Shown here: positions 43,310 to 56,100 of the stretch, one piece after another
Position numbering within the stretch: the first letter of the stretch is position 1
Layout: each line of letters begins with the position of its first letter
Assembly: GCA_002811645.1 (NCBI GenBank)
Contig: PDIP01000130.1
Coordinates: forward strand, 77,889 to 141,868
DNA from: Corallochytrium limacisporum Hawaii
Taxonomy: Eukaryota > Protista > Pluriformea
Direction of reading: 5' to 3'
Length of the DNA stretch: 63,980 nucleotides
Made by a program: the position numbers and the translations under genes
The notes under the pieces: generated by a model
What the model was told of the DNA's origin: nothing
Database searches by the model: none
Seen by the model: the letters and a program-made list of their open reading frames with translations, nothing else

Positions 43310-46300
43310 TTTACCTGCTTGCTTTTTGTTCTGATTAGTGACTCCGAAGAGGTCCTTACCCTTCGACTCGAGAACCAAGTCCTTTCGAATTTGCTTGTCG
43401 AATTTCGTACCTGCCGATCATGGTCCATAACCCCAAAAACAACAGCACACAGCCGCCGATATTAAACTGCATCTATGCGTCAGTGAGAAGCCCAAAAATA
43501 ACAACTGTCACAATCACCAAGCATCCGGACGCACATGCATCTTAGGGCACTCGCACCAGCAAAAAAGTTGCGCCTCACCGTGTCAGAACACGTTCGAGCG
43601 CGAAGTGGCTGTCGGGGGCCCCTGTCCCCGGTTTTGCTTTTTCTATTGTTGGCACCCATAGTGCAGTCAGACAGAGTCAGTCAGTCTTTGCTAGTGTGTG
43701 ACGGGAAGTGAACAAATGAAGCAATCTCGCTCCCCCACCGCCCTCGCTACGATTCCGGTCTTTTTCCGCCGGCTCGGAAGGCGGGGTTTGGGTCTCTCTT
43801 TGCGATGAACGGCCCGCGCCGCCTATTTTTGGCTACGCCCAGCTCCTGTCCGTTTCTGCCATAGTAAATGTGCCGCCCCTCGGAATTTTCTATGGTCCCA
43901 GATAATAAAAGCGAGCGCTGGACAAATCAAGGGGAGCCGGTATTTCGCTTCGCTATGAAATCGTGGAGGGGCGGGGAGGCAGGCGGCGGGCTTTCCGTAT
44001 TTGCGGGCAGCTAATTTATATACGGAAATGTTTATTTTTTACATTTTATTGATCAGACTACAAGTGATCTAGATCACTTAGCCACATGTCTTTGACGCGC
44101 GGGAGAAAATCAAGCGCAGAGGCAGAGTGCGTGTGAGTTATTGACTAGCTAGTTTGTTTCTGTTTGTGAAGCGATCTGCATTGCTGTCTCCATTTGCGCA
44201 GCACCAATCAGCATCCTCAAGCCATGACACAGTCCAGCGAATGGCATTGATCATTTTCTCATCCCCAAAATTTCTTCATTCTAGCTCTCTCTACGGGTAT
44301 GCCACAAATGTTTTTCGCACTGATCCGGTTGGGGTAGGAAGCACGCCAGGTGTCCTGGGAGAGACCATCCGGGGGGACGGTGTGATCAAGGGGACAAGAG
44401 CCTTCCGAGCGGACGGGAGCAGTGCATAGCCCGTTTACTCTCCCACTGCCACCTAAATGCATGACCCGGGTAACAGAAAGGAACGTTCTTGCGCTGAAGG
44501 ACTTCCGGGCAATAAACCCAACCTTTGCGCGTGCTTTGTGAGTCATGTTGAATTTGTGAGTCACTGAGGTGATATCAACCCGCTGCTGTTATATGCGTGG
44601 TTGGCCCCATTGAACATCCTCCAAGATCCACTAATTCAGCGCTGTGCATGTCGATGGCCCCGGTAAGTGTGTGAATGGACCCTGCCATGGATGTCCCTGG
44701 ATCGGGTTCCAACGCACTCTGAGAAAGCCCACTCAAACCGGCAAGACCCATCCGAATTTGTTGTTGTGTGCATGCGCGCTCAGTCTGTATGTTCATGCTG
44801 GAGGTTCGCTAAGCAGAAAATAACCGCTTGGTGTCCAACTCTACTCTATCATACAAAGCCACCTTACAGGGACAAAGACACAGCAGCTCCAAAGTGGATG
44901 CTCACGGAGCCCAAAACATTCAGAGCCTAGCACAGTACGGAGACTGTGTCATCAAAGCATGAAGACGAGTCTTGAAGCGCACGCGATACCTTTCATTCTC
45001 CATTCCCACCGGGGTTTGTTGCTGCCCTTGGAGACCACTTAGTCTTGCCTTCCTTGTAACCCTCGTTGGCGCGATGTTTCACGCGTGCATTGCTCTGAGA
45101 CAGACCAATATAACAGCGTACGCAGCACCGGTAACAAACACGCCTCGCCAACCCACCACCACCACCTGAGAAACGGGCTCTCTCTCTCTTCACTGCACAG
45201 CCGCCTTGCGCAGAATTTCAACTGGGTGTGCTTTCAATTGTACTGTGATGGTTTTCTCCCGGTTGTGAATACCTCGGTTTGCCAAACGAGGAAGGCATAC
45301 GAACACGCACGACCCAACCGGCACAGACGCACAGCAACTACGCACTCTTCTCACACTCTCTCCCTAGTACGCAGTCGAGTAACACGGGTTTGTGGCGGTA
45401 GCGGTGGGAATTCCGTGAGGACTTTTTTATTACGAAGCGCGCGTGTCGCTGTGTGACACTTCGAAATACGGTCTACACACCGGCACGAAGCTTGTTGTGG
45501 AGGCTCGCTGGCTTCGTATCACCTGACTATTGCTCCCAAAACCAATCATCCACACACTTTCACACATAGAAGCCAGGAAATGGAGAACTGAGACATGTCT
45601 GTCCCCTAGCGCATGTCTCTGCGTTGTTGCGTTAAACCGTCCCGGATCCCGGGGAGGCTTCTCATTCCTGTTAATGCGCGCACTCACGATCGAAGTTTTC
45701 GGTGAAGAAAAAATGCACACTCTCACCCAGGGCTCTGGGGTGAATTGATGGGTGTGTGAAGGTATCAGATCATTTCCTGAATATCCAAATCATCATCATC
45801 ACACAAGACTTAGACACGTACACAAGACCACAACAAGGGGATAGTCCTATGATTCGCCACACCAACACAGCCAACATTCTCAACCTGTCTACACAGTGAG
45901 TGTCTTCCCGTTTGGAACACTCAGGAGGTGTGCGCAACGAAAAAATGTATCATTACATACTGAACAGGTCCACCTTTCGACCAATGGCGGAGCGCCGTGC
46001 ATGGTCGTGCGGACGCCGGGGGGCCGATGACGCCGATTCTTCAATATTACAATGATCCAACCAACCCAACCCCCGCCAACCAATCCAACTAAGCAGTCTC
46101 ACAGTCTTTGGATTCCGAGTCATTGCCATGGGAGGGAAGGGAAAGAATGCTGGCAGTCTGCGCAATCCTCAAACGCACACTCCTCCAGAGTGAGTTCTTG
46201 TGTTGTATGAATACTTGTGTTAGCGACGGAAAGGTGGGGGGCTTGAAGCCACCGAGGGAGTGTCAAACAATTACCAGTAACGAAGAATTAGTGAACCGGT

Positions 46301-49300
46301 CGGCGGACTTTCGCACTCAGTTCCTCCCCATTTGTGTGCCAGTCTGCGCGAACGTGTGAAAAAGTTGTCGCATTGCGATACAACATCTCCCTCGACAATG
46401 TTTACGGTTCCAACAACCGTTTTGTGTGTGAGGTTCCAAAAGGCCCAAGCGGGTCAAAGCAATTCGGCATGAGTAGCACATTTTCGACTTGTCCGGTGCG
46501 GTCAATGCGACTCGATGCGCAAGAAGAGAATCTGCGATATCATGAATTTTTCTTTTGATCTGAACCCCAACCAACAACCCCCTTCGTCTGGTGCATCCCC
46601 ACCGATGAATGGGCCCGTCCTCGCTCTCCCCTTCCGTTCCCCTTCTCTCCGCCCACCTCCCGGAATAGAAAAGTGAAATGGCAGCTGGGCCAGATGAGAG
46701 AATCGTGGCTTTTGCTCTTACGCGGTCATTGTTCACGCGTTCTGTGGATGTGTCTGGAGAAGAGTCATGGAAAATTTCTACTCTCGCTCACACCTACTGA
46801 CGTGATCGACCGTACAGTGATGCAGTCCCAGAGATTCTTGCTGTCTACAGCATGATGCTGAGATTATTGAGGCCTCATATGACTGGTCCAGTGTATTGTA
46901 CCATGCTATGTAGCTCTAATTGTTTCTTAATGCTTTAAGTACATATCTCCGCCTTTTTCCTTCGTTGTATCATGTTGGCGACGGATATGAATTGTCTCAC
47001 CCGGCCGCCGCAGCTTGGAAATGTGGAAATCCTGGGTTATCATTTACCAGCACAGGCACGTCTCTGATATCTCCTTGAGGCAAAGGAACAAAGTTCGTGT
47101 CCATTTCAGATTATTCCTGCTGTGCTTTTTCCGAAATGACCCGTCCAAGAAGACGTTGCACTTTCCTCCTTCGAAGGACATCCCACGCCTCCAGGCTTTC
47201 ACGCATCAGGCAGTGTTCAATATCTTCCGGGGAAGAATACGCTACGTGGGGGGTATCAAAAGTTCAGAGATTTGGATCTTCTTACGGACCGACTTCACTT
47301 CGGTTTCCGAACCTTCCGTGTCGATCACCGGCTCCCCATACGAGTTGTCTGCGCACATATTGAAAAAAAAAGACGCGGGTAAAATCAGTACATTAACTAT
47401 TATGATCGAACCAATCACAAAGATGGCCCCTTTGAAACAGTGGCTGGCAAACGTGATAAGGCTAAACACCGTGGCTCGTCTACGATAATCGCGCCAACGT
47501 ATGCCAATCGACATGAGCGGGACTGGAGAGTGCATGGACTGAGCGGACCTGATGCACAATCAAGCGCGCAGCTGAAGTATACGGTCTGTTTATTCAACTG
47601 TTGTGGCAACGTAAATTAATCTATAGTGTATTTCATTTTCTCCGTATCCGGGCGTTCGTCAGCGCCAGGAACATGTTACAGTCCAGACTTTCAACCGTTG
47701 CTGCTCTGTCCAGTTCCCGCACAAGTATTTCATTGATAAGATCATCCCACAGGAACGAGAACCGCTTTTCCAAGCTTGATGCCACCTTTATCAAAGGTCT
47801 GGTCTTTAATTATTTGGCAATTCCTGGCTATCGAGTTCAAAACACGCAGTCTCGGTGTCGGCCTCCTGCGCTTCTTAGCATTTCATTCCGTCTCAACACG
47901 TCAGTGTCGCTGCCCTGTGTAAGTTACAAGGTCAGGGGCATGAAAAAATATATGCAAATATATGTGCCTTTTTTTACCCTTTTCCAGGAAAACTGAAATA
48001 AATAACTCCCACTCTGCAGCAGCCTGAGACCGGTTGCCAAATCAGCGGCAACGGAACTTTTCTTGCAGGCGGCAAACAATGTGATTTCTTGTTCTGCGTT
48101 GTATTTCAATTTTTCCAGGTTTCCATATTTGCAGCTGGGAGAAAAGTTAGTAGCGCAGAGATAGCGCGGATGCAAAAAAGTTTGTCGGTTCTCCTCGTTA
48201 CCGTTATTTTCTTTTATGGTGGTGCATTGGTTCTTGTTGGTGGTCCGTGCTCTTGCACTACCCATACTGAGAATATGTCTGCTTTCTCTATAATCCCTCG
48301 GTGGCTTAGGTTTTCTTCGGGTGTCTGGGCTGTCCGTCGGTGATAGCGCAGTGGTCTTGGAAGGTCTTCGGCGCTCTCCGATCAAGTGCGTACAGAAGAA
48401 CGCGAGGGGCGTGCCGCTGATGTGATCCGGGATGATGTGGCCTATGTCAGCTCGCAGCATACATCAACAAGGATTGGTTATCGACATCGTACGGCATCCT
48501 CAGGAAGACAAGATATTGACCGAGGAATAGGATAGTAAGGTGTGATTTCTGTGTCGACTTATCAATCATCGACCGCAAAGAAAGGAAACCGGAGTGCAGC
48601 AGACCGACAATACTCCGCCATTTTTCAACCGCAGAAGGTTGGCAGCTGCTGCGGCGTTCGAAATCCCCACCTGGAACCCAGATCCCTGCGCAACTGTCAG
48701 CAAAGCAGATGGGGCCCGCCTTATGACCCTTACGAACCAAACCAAGTTGGGGGCGCTGGGGGGGGGGGCGCCCCGCNNNNNNNNNNNNNNNNNNNNNNNN
48801 NNNNNNNNNNNNNNNNNNNNNNNNNNNNNNNNNNNNNNNNNNNNNNNNNNNNNNNNNNNNNNNNNNNNNNNNNNNNNNNNNNNNNNNNNNNNNNNNNNNN
48901 NNNNNNNNNNNNNNNNNNNNNNNNNNNNNNNNNNNNNNNNNNNNNNNNNNNNNNNNNNNNNNNNNNNNNNNNNNNNNNNNNNNNNNNNNNNNNNNNNNNN
49001 NNNNNNNNNNNNNNNNNNNNNNNNNNNNNNGGGGGGTGGGGCAGGGGGGTTCCCAGTGTACCGAGGTGGGTCCGTTCGCACTTTTTTCCCCGTGACAGCA
49101 AAGGGTCTTACGAAAAAGACTGTGGAATGCGCAAAACACAGATGAACCAGGACGGTTCCTTACAAGAGAAAACGTCCACCCAACCCTCAGGTTAGGTGTA
49201 TGATATTATCGCGCCATTTCGCCCAATTTCCCTGAAAGCCGCACTCTCGGTGGGCCGGCGGAAGGTGGCGGTGAAGCGTGTTGTTGGGATCCGCCTGGAT

Positions 49301-51315
49301 TGTAAGAAATTGACACCGGCTCCATACCAGTCCCTTCATATATTTGCATTGCTTCGTGCGATGGAATGCTAATTGTTTGACCTCACGCGCAGACGCCTAC
49401 GCCGGTTGTGCGCATCGGTAACGACACTGTATGGTCTTGGTATGCCACTTTTGTGGCCTCCATCTATACACATTACCTTACAGGTTCATCCTCATCGTCG
49501 CCAAGAGTGTGTTGAGGCACGCGGAATGATTTCAGGCGCGGGCCGCTCCAGATTGTTCGTTCGTTTGTGGTTGTATGGTACCCAATTGCGCTCTTAATAA
49601 AGACTACCTCTACCACCACGCACACCGACACATCCACACCCACACCCACACGCACACACTCTCTCCCTTAGTTTTTCTTTTGATTTCTAAATCTCCTCTC
49701 CGACCGAGACAAATGGGAAATACACGTGTCCGAAATGGCAAGCGCTACGGGAAAGTGTGAATCGGGTGCGAAGATATATCGGAAGTTGACAGTTTCATAA
49801 ATGTGGCATATTACACCATAGGTGGGTATCTCTGATCAAGCTGCGCCGTTTCCGGTGTAGAATTATGAAGAAAAAAATTGTCGGAGATGGATTTTTTTAG
49901 TTGCTGCTGCTGCTCCTTGGTGCACACCCGAAGAGTAGGAGTACGAATGGAGAAGGTTTAGAAACTGTGAATTCACCGAGCGTTCAAAAAATTTTCTATT
50001 CACTCACAATTGCAAGGGAAACTGTTTTGTACATACGGCACTTCGAAAGGGGGTTTGCACGCTGAGCCTGTTTCTAACAAAGTTCCAGAACAACAAATCC
50101 TCCTTTCAACTGAAGAGCGCATGGATCTGGGTAGAGAACACAGGGGAGAAAGTTCGACGCGCCCCGCACCGCAATGACTCAAACATGTGAAAATTACGAA
50201 AGAAGCAGTGGAGGGAGGAATACCCTAACTCTCACACTCTCCAACACCTTGCCTCAGATCTTGCTGGTAGCGGTTCCGCAATGTCGATATACACAATCTC
50301 AGCACGTACTCGTTTACGCAATCTCTCACCATGCATTCAGTACGCACATCCGCGACAGATTTTGTTCCAACCAACCAGAGCTTGCCACAGCGGGACCCCT
50401 TGCGAATGATAGCACAGTGTTTCTTTTTTCCGGTTGTTTCCAAGACTATCACATCAGCGCGCGGCAAGGCAGTCTAAGGACGGGCGCCCGCTCTCCTGTT
50501 CTCATCCGTCTGTCTCTTCTTCCTTTTCCCCCTCTGGCTCTGCGTTCTTGTGCCCATCCCCTTTTTTTTTTGGGTCCTCCTCCCCCCGCTTGCTCTCCCC
50601 TTCCCTTCCCCTGTCTTTATTTTTTTTCAATTTTTTTCTTCATCAAAAAATAGTCTACCGCCGGAGTTTACATGTGATTTCTTGAAAAGGTATCACCGAC
50701 GAGGACGAGCGGTAAAAGAAAATGAGGGAATCGCAGAAAGGGTTTGGTCCAAAACCGTTCACGTCCAGGTNNNNNNNNNNNNNNNNNNNNNNNNNNNNNN
50801 NNNNNNNNNNNNNNNNNNNNNNNNNNNNNNNNNNNNNNNNNNNNNNNNNNNNNNNNNNNNNNNNNNNNNNNNNNNNNNNNNNNNNNNNNNNNNNNNNNNN
50901 NNNNNNNNNNNNNNNNNNNNNNNNNNNNNNNNNNNNNNNNNNNNNNNNNNNNNNNNNNNNNNNNNNNNNNNNNNNNNNNNNNNNNNNNNNNNNNNNNNNN
51001 NNNNNNNNNNNNNNNNNNNNNACCCTCCCGCTCCCGGAAGGGGGTGGTTCGACGGGAAGCCGCCCACTCCTCGAGGAGGGTTGGGTGGTGGTGCATAGTC
51101 AGGTGAGGCAGGGCAATGGGACAAAGGATATTGGGATTGTATACAAACGATGAAATGCTATGCTATACTTTATGGACGACAAGCGACAAATTATGCTAAA
51201 GAAGATTATGCTAAAAGGATTTGGATGCCAGATGATGCAGATGCATCATACTAGAGATATCGCAAGGGAATTATGGATGTTGCTGCATGTTTTGGTTCTT
51301 TTTGATACACTTTCT

Positions 51316-52335
51316 TTAGTGTGCCTGCGGTGCCTGTGCCTGCCATTCAGGAGCATGAGCCGAAGGCGGAAGCAGGAACTGTTGATGTCCATGGGGCATA
51401 GGATAGTAGTGGGGATCCACAGGAGCCTGGTACGGTGAGGGACTGGCCTCCTCAGTGTAGGGGGATGCTTGGTAGTACTGGCTCATGTGCGGGGACTGAT
51501 GAACAGGGTGGGCGTAGTATTCAGCCTGCACATGCTGGGGCATGTTCATGCCGGGGCTGTTGGCCATGGTTGAAACACCATTCTGTTGCTGTTGACGCTC
51601 CAGTTTAGAAGCCTTGGGTTTTGAGGGCACATCCTTCTTGGTCTCGTCACCAAAGAAGCTGTTCACCTCTCCAGTGGAGAAGGTCTTCACACTGGACAGG
51701 GTAGCCAGCTTGGCCAGACCTTCGAGGGTTGCAAAGGGATTCTTCATGGCCTCGGCATGGCTGCAAAGGTACCGCATACTGTATTCCTCGCGCTTCAGGT
51801 CATCAATGGTGATGGTCTTGCGCAGGGTAGGGCACAGAGTGCGCTTGTGGACACCCCAGTGCATGTCCAGTTCCCGCTGAAGTGACACAAAACAGTTCTT
51901 CAGCTCACGGAGCGTGCAGTATGGGGTGTTGACCTCGCGAGTGCTGGCATCCTCGTAGACATACTCGTAGTCAGGATGGCCCTTAAAGAAACGAGCACGG
52001 TTGATGTGAATGTGTGCAAAGACTGCAATAATCTCACGGCGCTTGGGCTTCCAGAGTTCAACGGTCTTGCCACTGTCCTTAATTGTAATGGTCATGCGAC
52101 CCCATGCGAACAAGCTAAGCTTGCGAGGGCTGTCACAAAGTTCTTTGAGACGCTTGACCACCGCGCGCACACGTAGGTGCCACAATGGAACATCCTGGAT
52201 GCGGGTGAAGTACTTTCCGTGCACCAGTTTGACCATACCGTTGACTTTGTGAGAGGTGTTTCCGGGAGTCTCAGTGGACCCTATCGAGCTTGATTCCGAC
52301 ATATTGCCGGGAGTAACTGTTCCGTCTGAAGACAT
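51316..52335 (-). CDS. Hypothetical protein, 339 aa, with transcription-regulator-like architecture
   Basis: Strong codon bias. A basic folded region (~aa 35-200) is followed by a Q/P/Y/H/S-rich low-complexity tail. Confidence 0.85.
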   Translation of the reverse strand: MSSDGTVTPGNMSESSSIGSTETPGNTSHKVNGMVKLVHGKYFTRIQDVPLWHLRVRAVVKRLKELCDSPRKLSLFAWGRMTITIKDSGKTVELWKPKRREIIAVFAHIHINRARFFKGHPDYEYVYEDASTREVNTPYCTLRELKNCFVSLQRELDMHWGVHKRTLCPTLRKTITIDDLKREEYSMRYLCSHAEAMKNPFATLEGLAKLATLSSVKTFSTGEVNSFFGDETKKDVPSKPKASKLERQQQQNGVSTMANSPGMNMPQHVQAEYYAHPVHQSPHMSQYYQASPYTEEASPSPYQAPVDPHYYPMPHGHQQFLLPPSAHAPEWQAQAPQAH

Positions 52336-53058
52336 ACTGTGTCCTTCACACTTCCAAACGATTGGAGTATCTGAGTATTGCAGACTTGTTTTATACGTTT
52401 TTAGTCACACTACATAGGCGATCACAAATAGCTAACAGTAGCAGAGAGTAGCTACCACCAAAAGAAGTCTCTTGAGTTCGACAAGCACGCCATACGCACG
52501 GGAGAAAGACGCATCTACTGCAGTCCCAAAAGAAAACAACGCCAACCCATTTAGTCCCCCCTTGGTGAAGTTTTTATGTTCGCTTTTGTTCCTCCCCGCA
52601 GTTGCACATCGTGGGCTACATCAGCTGCTTTTCGGGACCCCCTTCCTTCCCCATTTTCTACACAGAAGTCACTCCCGCGACGCTGAGTGCGTATAGTGAC
52701 CACCTGGTCAGCTGTAGCACACCCTTTCTCCCCCTTCCCCCCCCTTTCATCCAGTTGTTCATGTACCGTCGGTAGCCACGTCGTGTGCGTAGTTAGTCTC
52801 GGGAAGCGAGTTTGCACTACGTTTTGAACGCCGCTTGAGTGTGCAGGAGACCAAAATTGTGCGCAAAAAAAAGTTTGTAACCCCCCTCCTGGCGAACTAG
52901 AAAGAGGCAAAGGGATTTCTGTTAATATTTTCCTGCACAGTGCGTGATTTCTTGCGTCGAAGAGGACGCAAAGGGAGACTGTGCAGCTTTTCCCCTCTCT
53001 CCCCCTTTCCCCCCTCCCTTCCTCCTGTTGTCCCCTTCCCCCCCCCCCTTTCCTGGGC

Positions 53059-53139
53059 GGGCTTCCTGCACGGCGCTCGGTGACCGATCTCGAGAAAACT
53101 CGTGTTTCCGATTTTTGGGGGGTTTTGCCAATGTTGGCG
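53059..53139. repeat. 81-bp dispersed direct repeat, copy 1
   Basis: Identical to 61727-61807. Confidence 0.9.
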
Positions 53140-56100
53140 CAAAATATTGGTCAGGGACTTTCATAAGGAGCGATTCGTGATGAGCACCCGCCCAAGACAG
53201 ATGATCCCGCTACTGAAGCTGAAAGCCTGTGAATCAAACCTCTTCGACGGACTAGGTCCTCTATCGTTCTCTTACCGTATACAAAGGTTGGCATGCTCAT
53301 GGTATGCATGGGGTCGGGGCTTTTCTGGGACGCACCAGTCTCTGGCATGTCTTTTGCGTCTCCTCCAATTGTGTGCCACTCCATATTTTTGCTGCTTCCC
53401 GTACGGAGGCATGAAACGGGTGATGCGGCCCTTTCCGCTAGCGCGACAGCGTGATTCTTCAGCAGAAAACAAAACCTCACCGTCTTGCCAGATAGCATTT
53501 CGCTTTTGATGCCGTCTCTCCAACTCTTGCAGGCATTTTGGCTCTTGCTTTGTCCGAGTGAAGCCACTGCGAGCTCCTCTCGCCTCGCTCTGTCTCAATT
53601 TGTGTCCGCCGGGCCTTTCTGCTCTCCAAGTGATCGATCACCTTCCCGCGGCAAGTTTCGCATTGTGAATCTAATTGTGTAAGCCTCAAACTTATTTATA
53701 GTCACGCTTGGGAAAAACTGAAGCCGTTGGACGTGTGCTGTTGTACTGTCTGGAAGTTGTACGTATGTTTATGGCTATCTTAGCGGAACGAGATACAAAA
53801 GGAAATTTCGACACCTCTACTTTACACAGTATACCCACCGCAAGACCACTTTTGAGTCAATACCATTGATCGACGGTGATTGGTAGTCAAGGGATGAATA
53901 AACAAGTGCCCGACAACGGGCCGAAACGTGTGCATACAATAGGTACCGGCCCGCAGGGACCCACCGTCTGCTTCACTTCCATCGGCAGCAGTGATTGGGA
54001 AATAGAGGCGGCTCAGGTTGCCTGAGAGGGGGAAAGACGCAGCGAACAGCAACGGAGAAACCTCGTGATTTTTCGGGCGCACTACTGTGCTGCGTCCATC
54101 GATTGTGGATTCGGTGTTCAGTACAGGAGTGTCTGGTTATGGGCAAAAGAAAGTCACCATGTACAAAAGTGGGCGTGGTGAAGACTGGATTGGAGATTGC
54201 CCATATACACGAAATGGAGGATGTGGAGTGACTGGAGAGACTTGATGTGTACTCCGTGATGCCATGCAAGCCATGTGACAACAGTGAAACGCATGGAACA
54301 CCAATACTGTATACATTGGGTATTCAAGGAAACAAAATTAAGGCTGGACCCGTTCTTCTGATGTATTTGGGCGGGCACGAGATGGAAAAGGCAACTGATA
54401 CGGGAAGAATCTAAATGCTGAAGATGGAATGAAGGAATTTAGTACCAGGTCAGTTAGTGCGAGTCAGGACAGCCGAACGCTTTCTACCATTCACCGCGCC
54501 TTTGAAACATCAACAGTATTGGTTGTCCCATGCACCACTCCTCAAAGTTTTCATATACCCCGTTCTCCATAATGATTCTATTCGGCGGTCCTCTCCCTTG
54601 TTAGGGAAAGTGTTAGAGCGCTCTTCCCAATTCTCCTGTCACCTGACTATGATTGCACACACACTCTCTCTCTTCGTCGTTGCTTTTGGTCGTCCTTTAC
54701 GAGACGACTAAGTATATTTAGAGAATGGAATTTCAAGCATAACATTGCCATAGCCAGGAAGAAATCATCGCCACCAAAGAGAACCCAAGAAACTATTGCA
54801 AAAAAATTCTGCGCACCGGTGCTGTTGACTTTCTCGTAGCTGCGACTCTGTCAGCGGTCGTCGTCAGCACAACAGTAAAAAATACTATGGAATGATTACA
54901 GGAAACGCAGAAAACGACATGGAATGGCTAATTGAGAATTGGCACATTGTGTGGCACCAGCATTACTGTCGGAGTGGATCCAGTACATTAACGAGAGAGT
55001 TGTGTGCATGCCTGATGCTGATTGGCTGCTTCCCGAAGGTTCCTTCGGCCCCACTGAACCTATGGCAATTTTCTCACCACCGTGAAGCCGAAACGGAGTG
55101 CAGGGACCCGTGATTTCAAATTCGAAGTTTACATTGCGCAGCACACGGCGAAGACCCTACCGACACGAATAGCGAAGAGAGAGCGCGTTCAGCGCTCTCT
55201 GGTTTGCTGGTTCGTTTGACTATCATCTGGTACACCGTGATGAGCAGAGAATAACCGTTCTGCCTAAAAAGTGATGTGGATGGAAATTGAGAACAAAAAT
55301 CATGTGATTGCCGGTGTGTAGGAGAAAGAAGCAGCTGCGTACAAGCAAGGCAGGGTAAACTCATTGTTCTGCGTTCCCCAAAAGAAGACAAAACAGCCGA
55401 TACAATCTAACCAAACCACACACACGAAACCATGGAACAACGTTGAATTGCAAGGTTCATGTATGCTGCGTCCGACAATCGGGAAGGAACGGCAGAAGGC
55501 CGAAGAAGGAACCGGTCGGGTTCAAGATAAGAAGAGGAGAAATAAGTTCTCTGCTAGGCTGTCCGTTGCGACAACAACGACAAAATCCATGCGAAATCTC
55601 TTCCTCTCCTTTGTTCGTCGGTATCCATAGAAAAATGAGGGAGGGGAGTTAAAGAACAAAGCTACAACGTTGTTCAGGCAGCGATATCTTAAAACAGATT
55701 CGCGCTGTGTTGTTCCATTCACATGATGGTTTCCGTGCTTGTCTCTCTCCCTCCCTTTTTTTGTCCGTCTGTCAATCCTTGCTCGCGGTCCCCAGCCAAA
55801 ATGAGAAGCTTTCGAGACCGGGGGTTCACAAGAAAACTTCATACATATAGCAAAAGTATGGAGAGATTATTTTTTTTTGACCGTCTAGGTTTGCCACGAA
55901 AAAGTGGGTGCTTCTTTTCTTCCTATGAAATTTGCTGACAACGGAACTCCTGAATACTGATTAGTTGACAGGCAAAATCATCATGAACGAGAGTAGGATG
56001 CTGACTCAGTATGAGCAATGTAGGGGATTTTTTCTGATTCAGAGGTGTTTTGTATACCCTCCATTCCTACAATTCTACTTTCTCCATATGAGTCAGCGGA

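Noticed and set aside
44062-44079. Perfect 18-bp palindrome AAGTGATCTAGATCACTT
   Set aside because: About 0.25 expected by chance in 64 kb; no supporting context.
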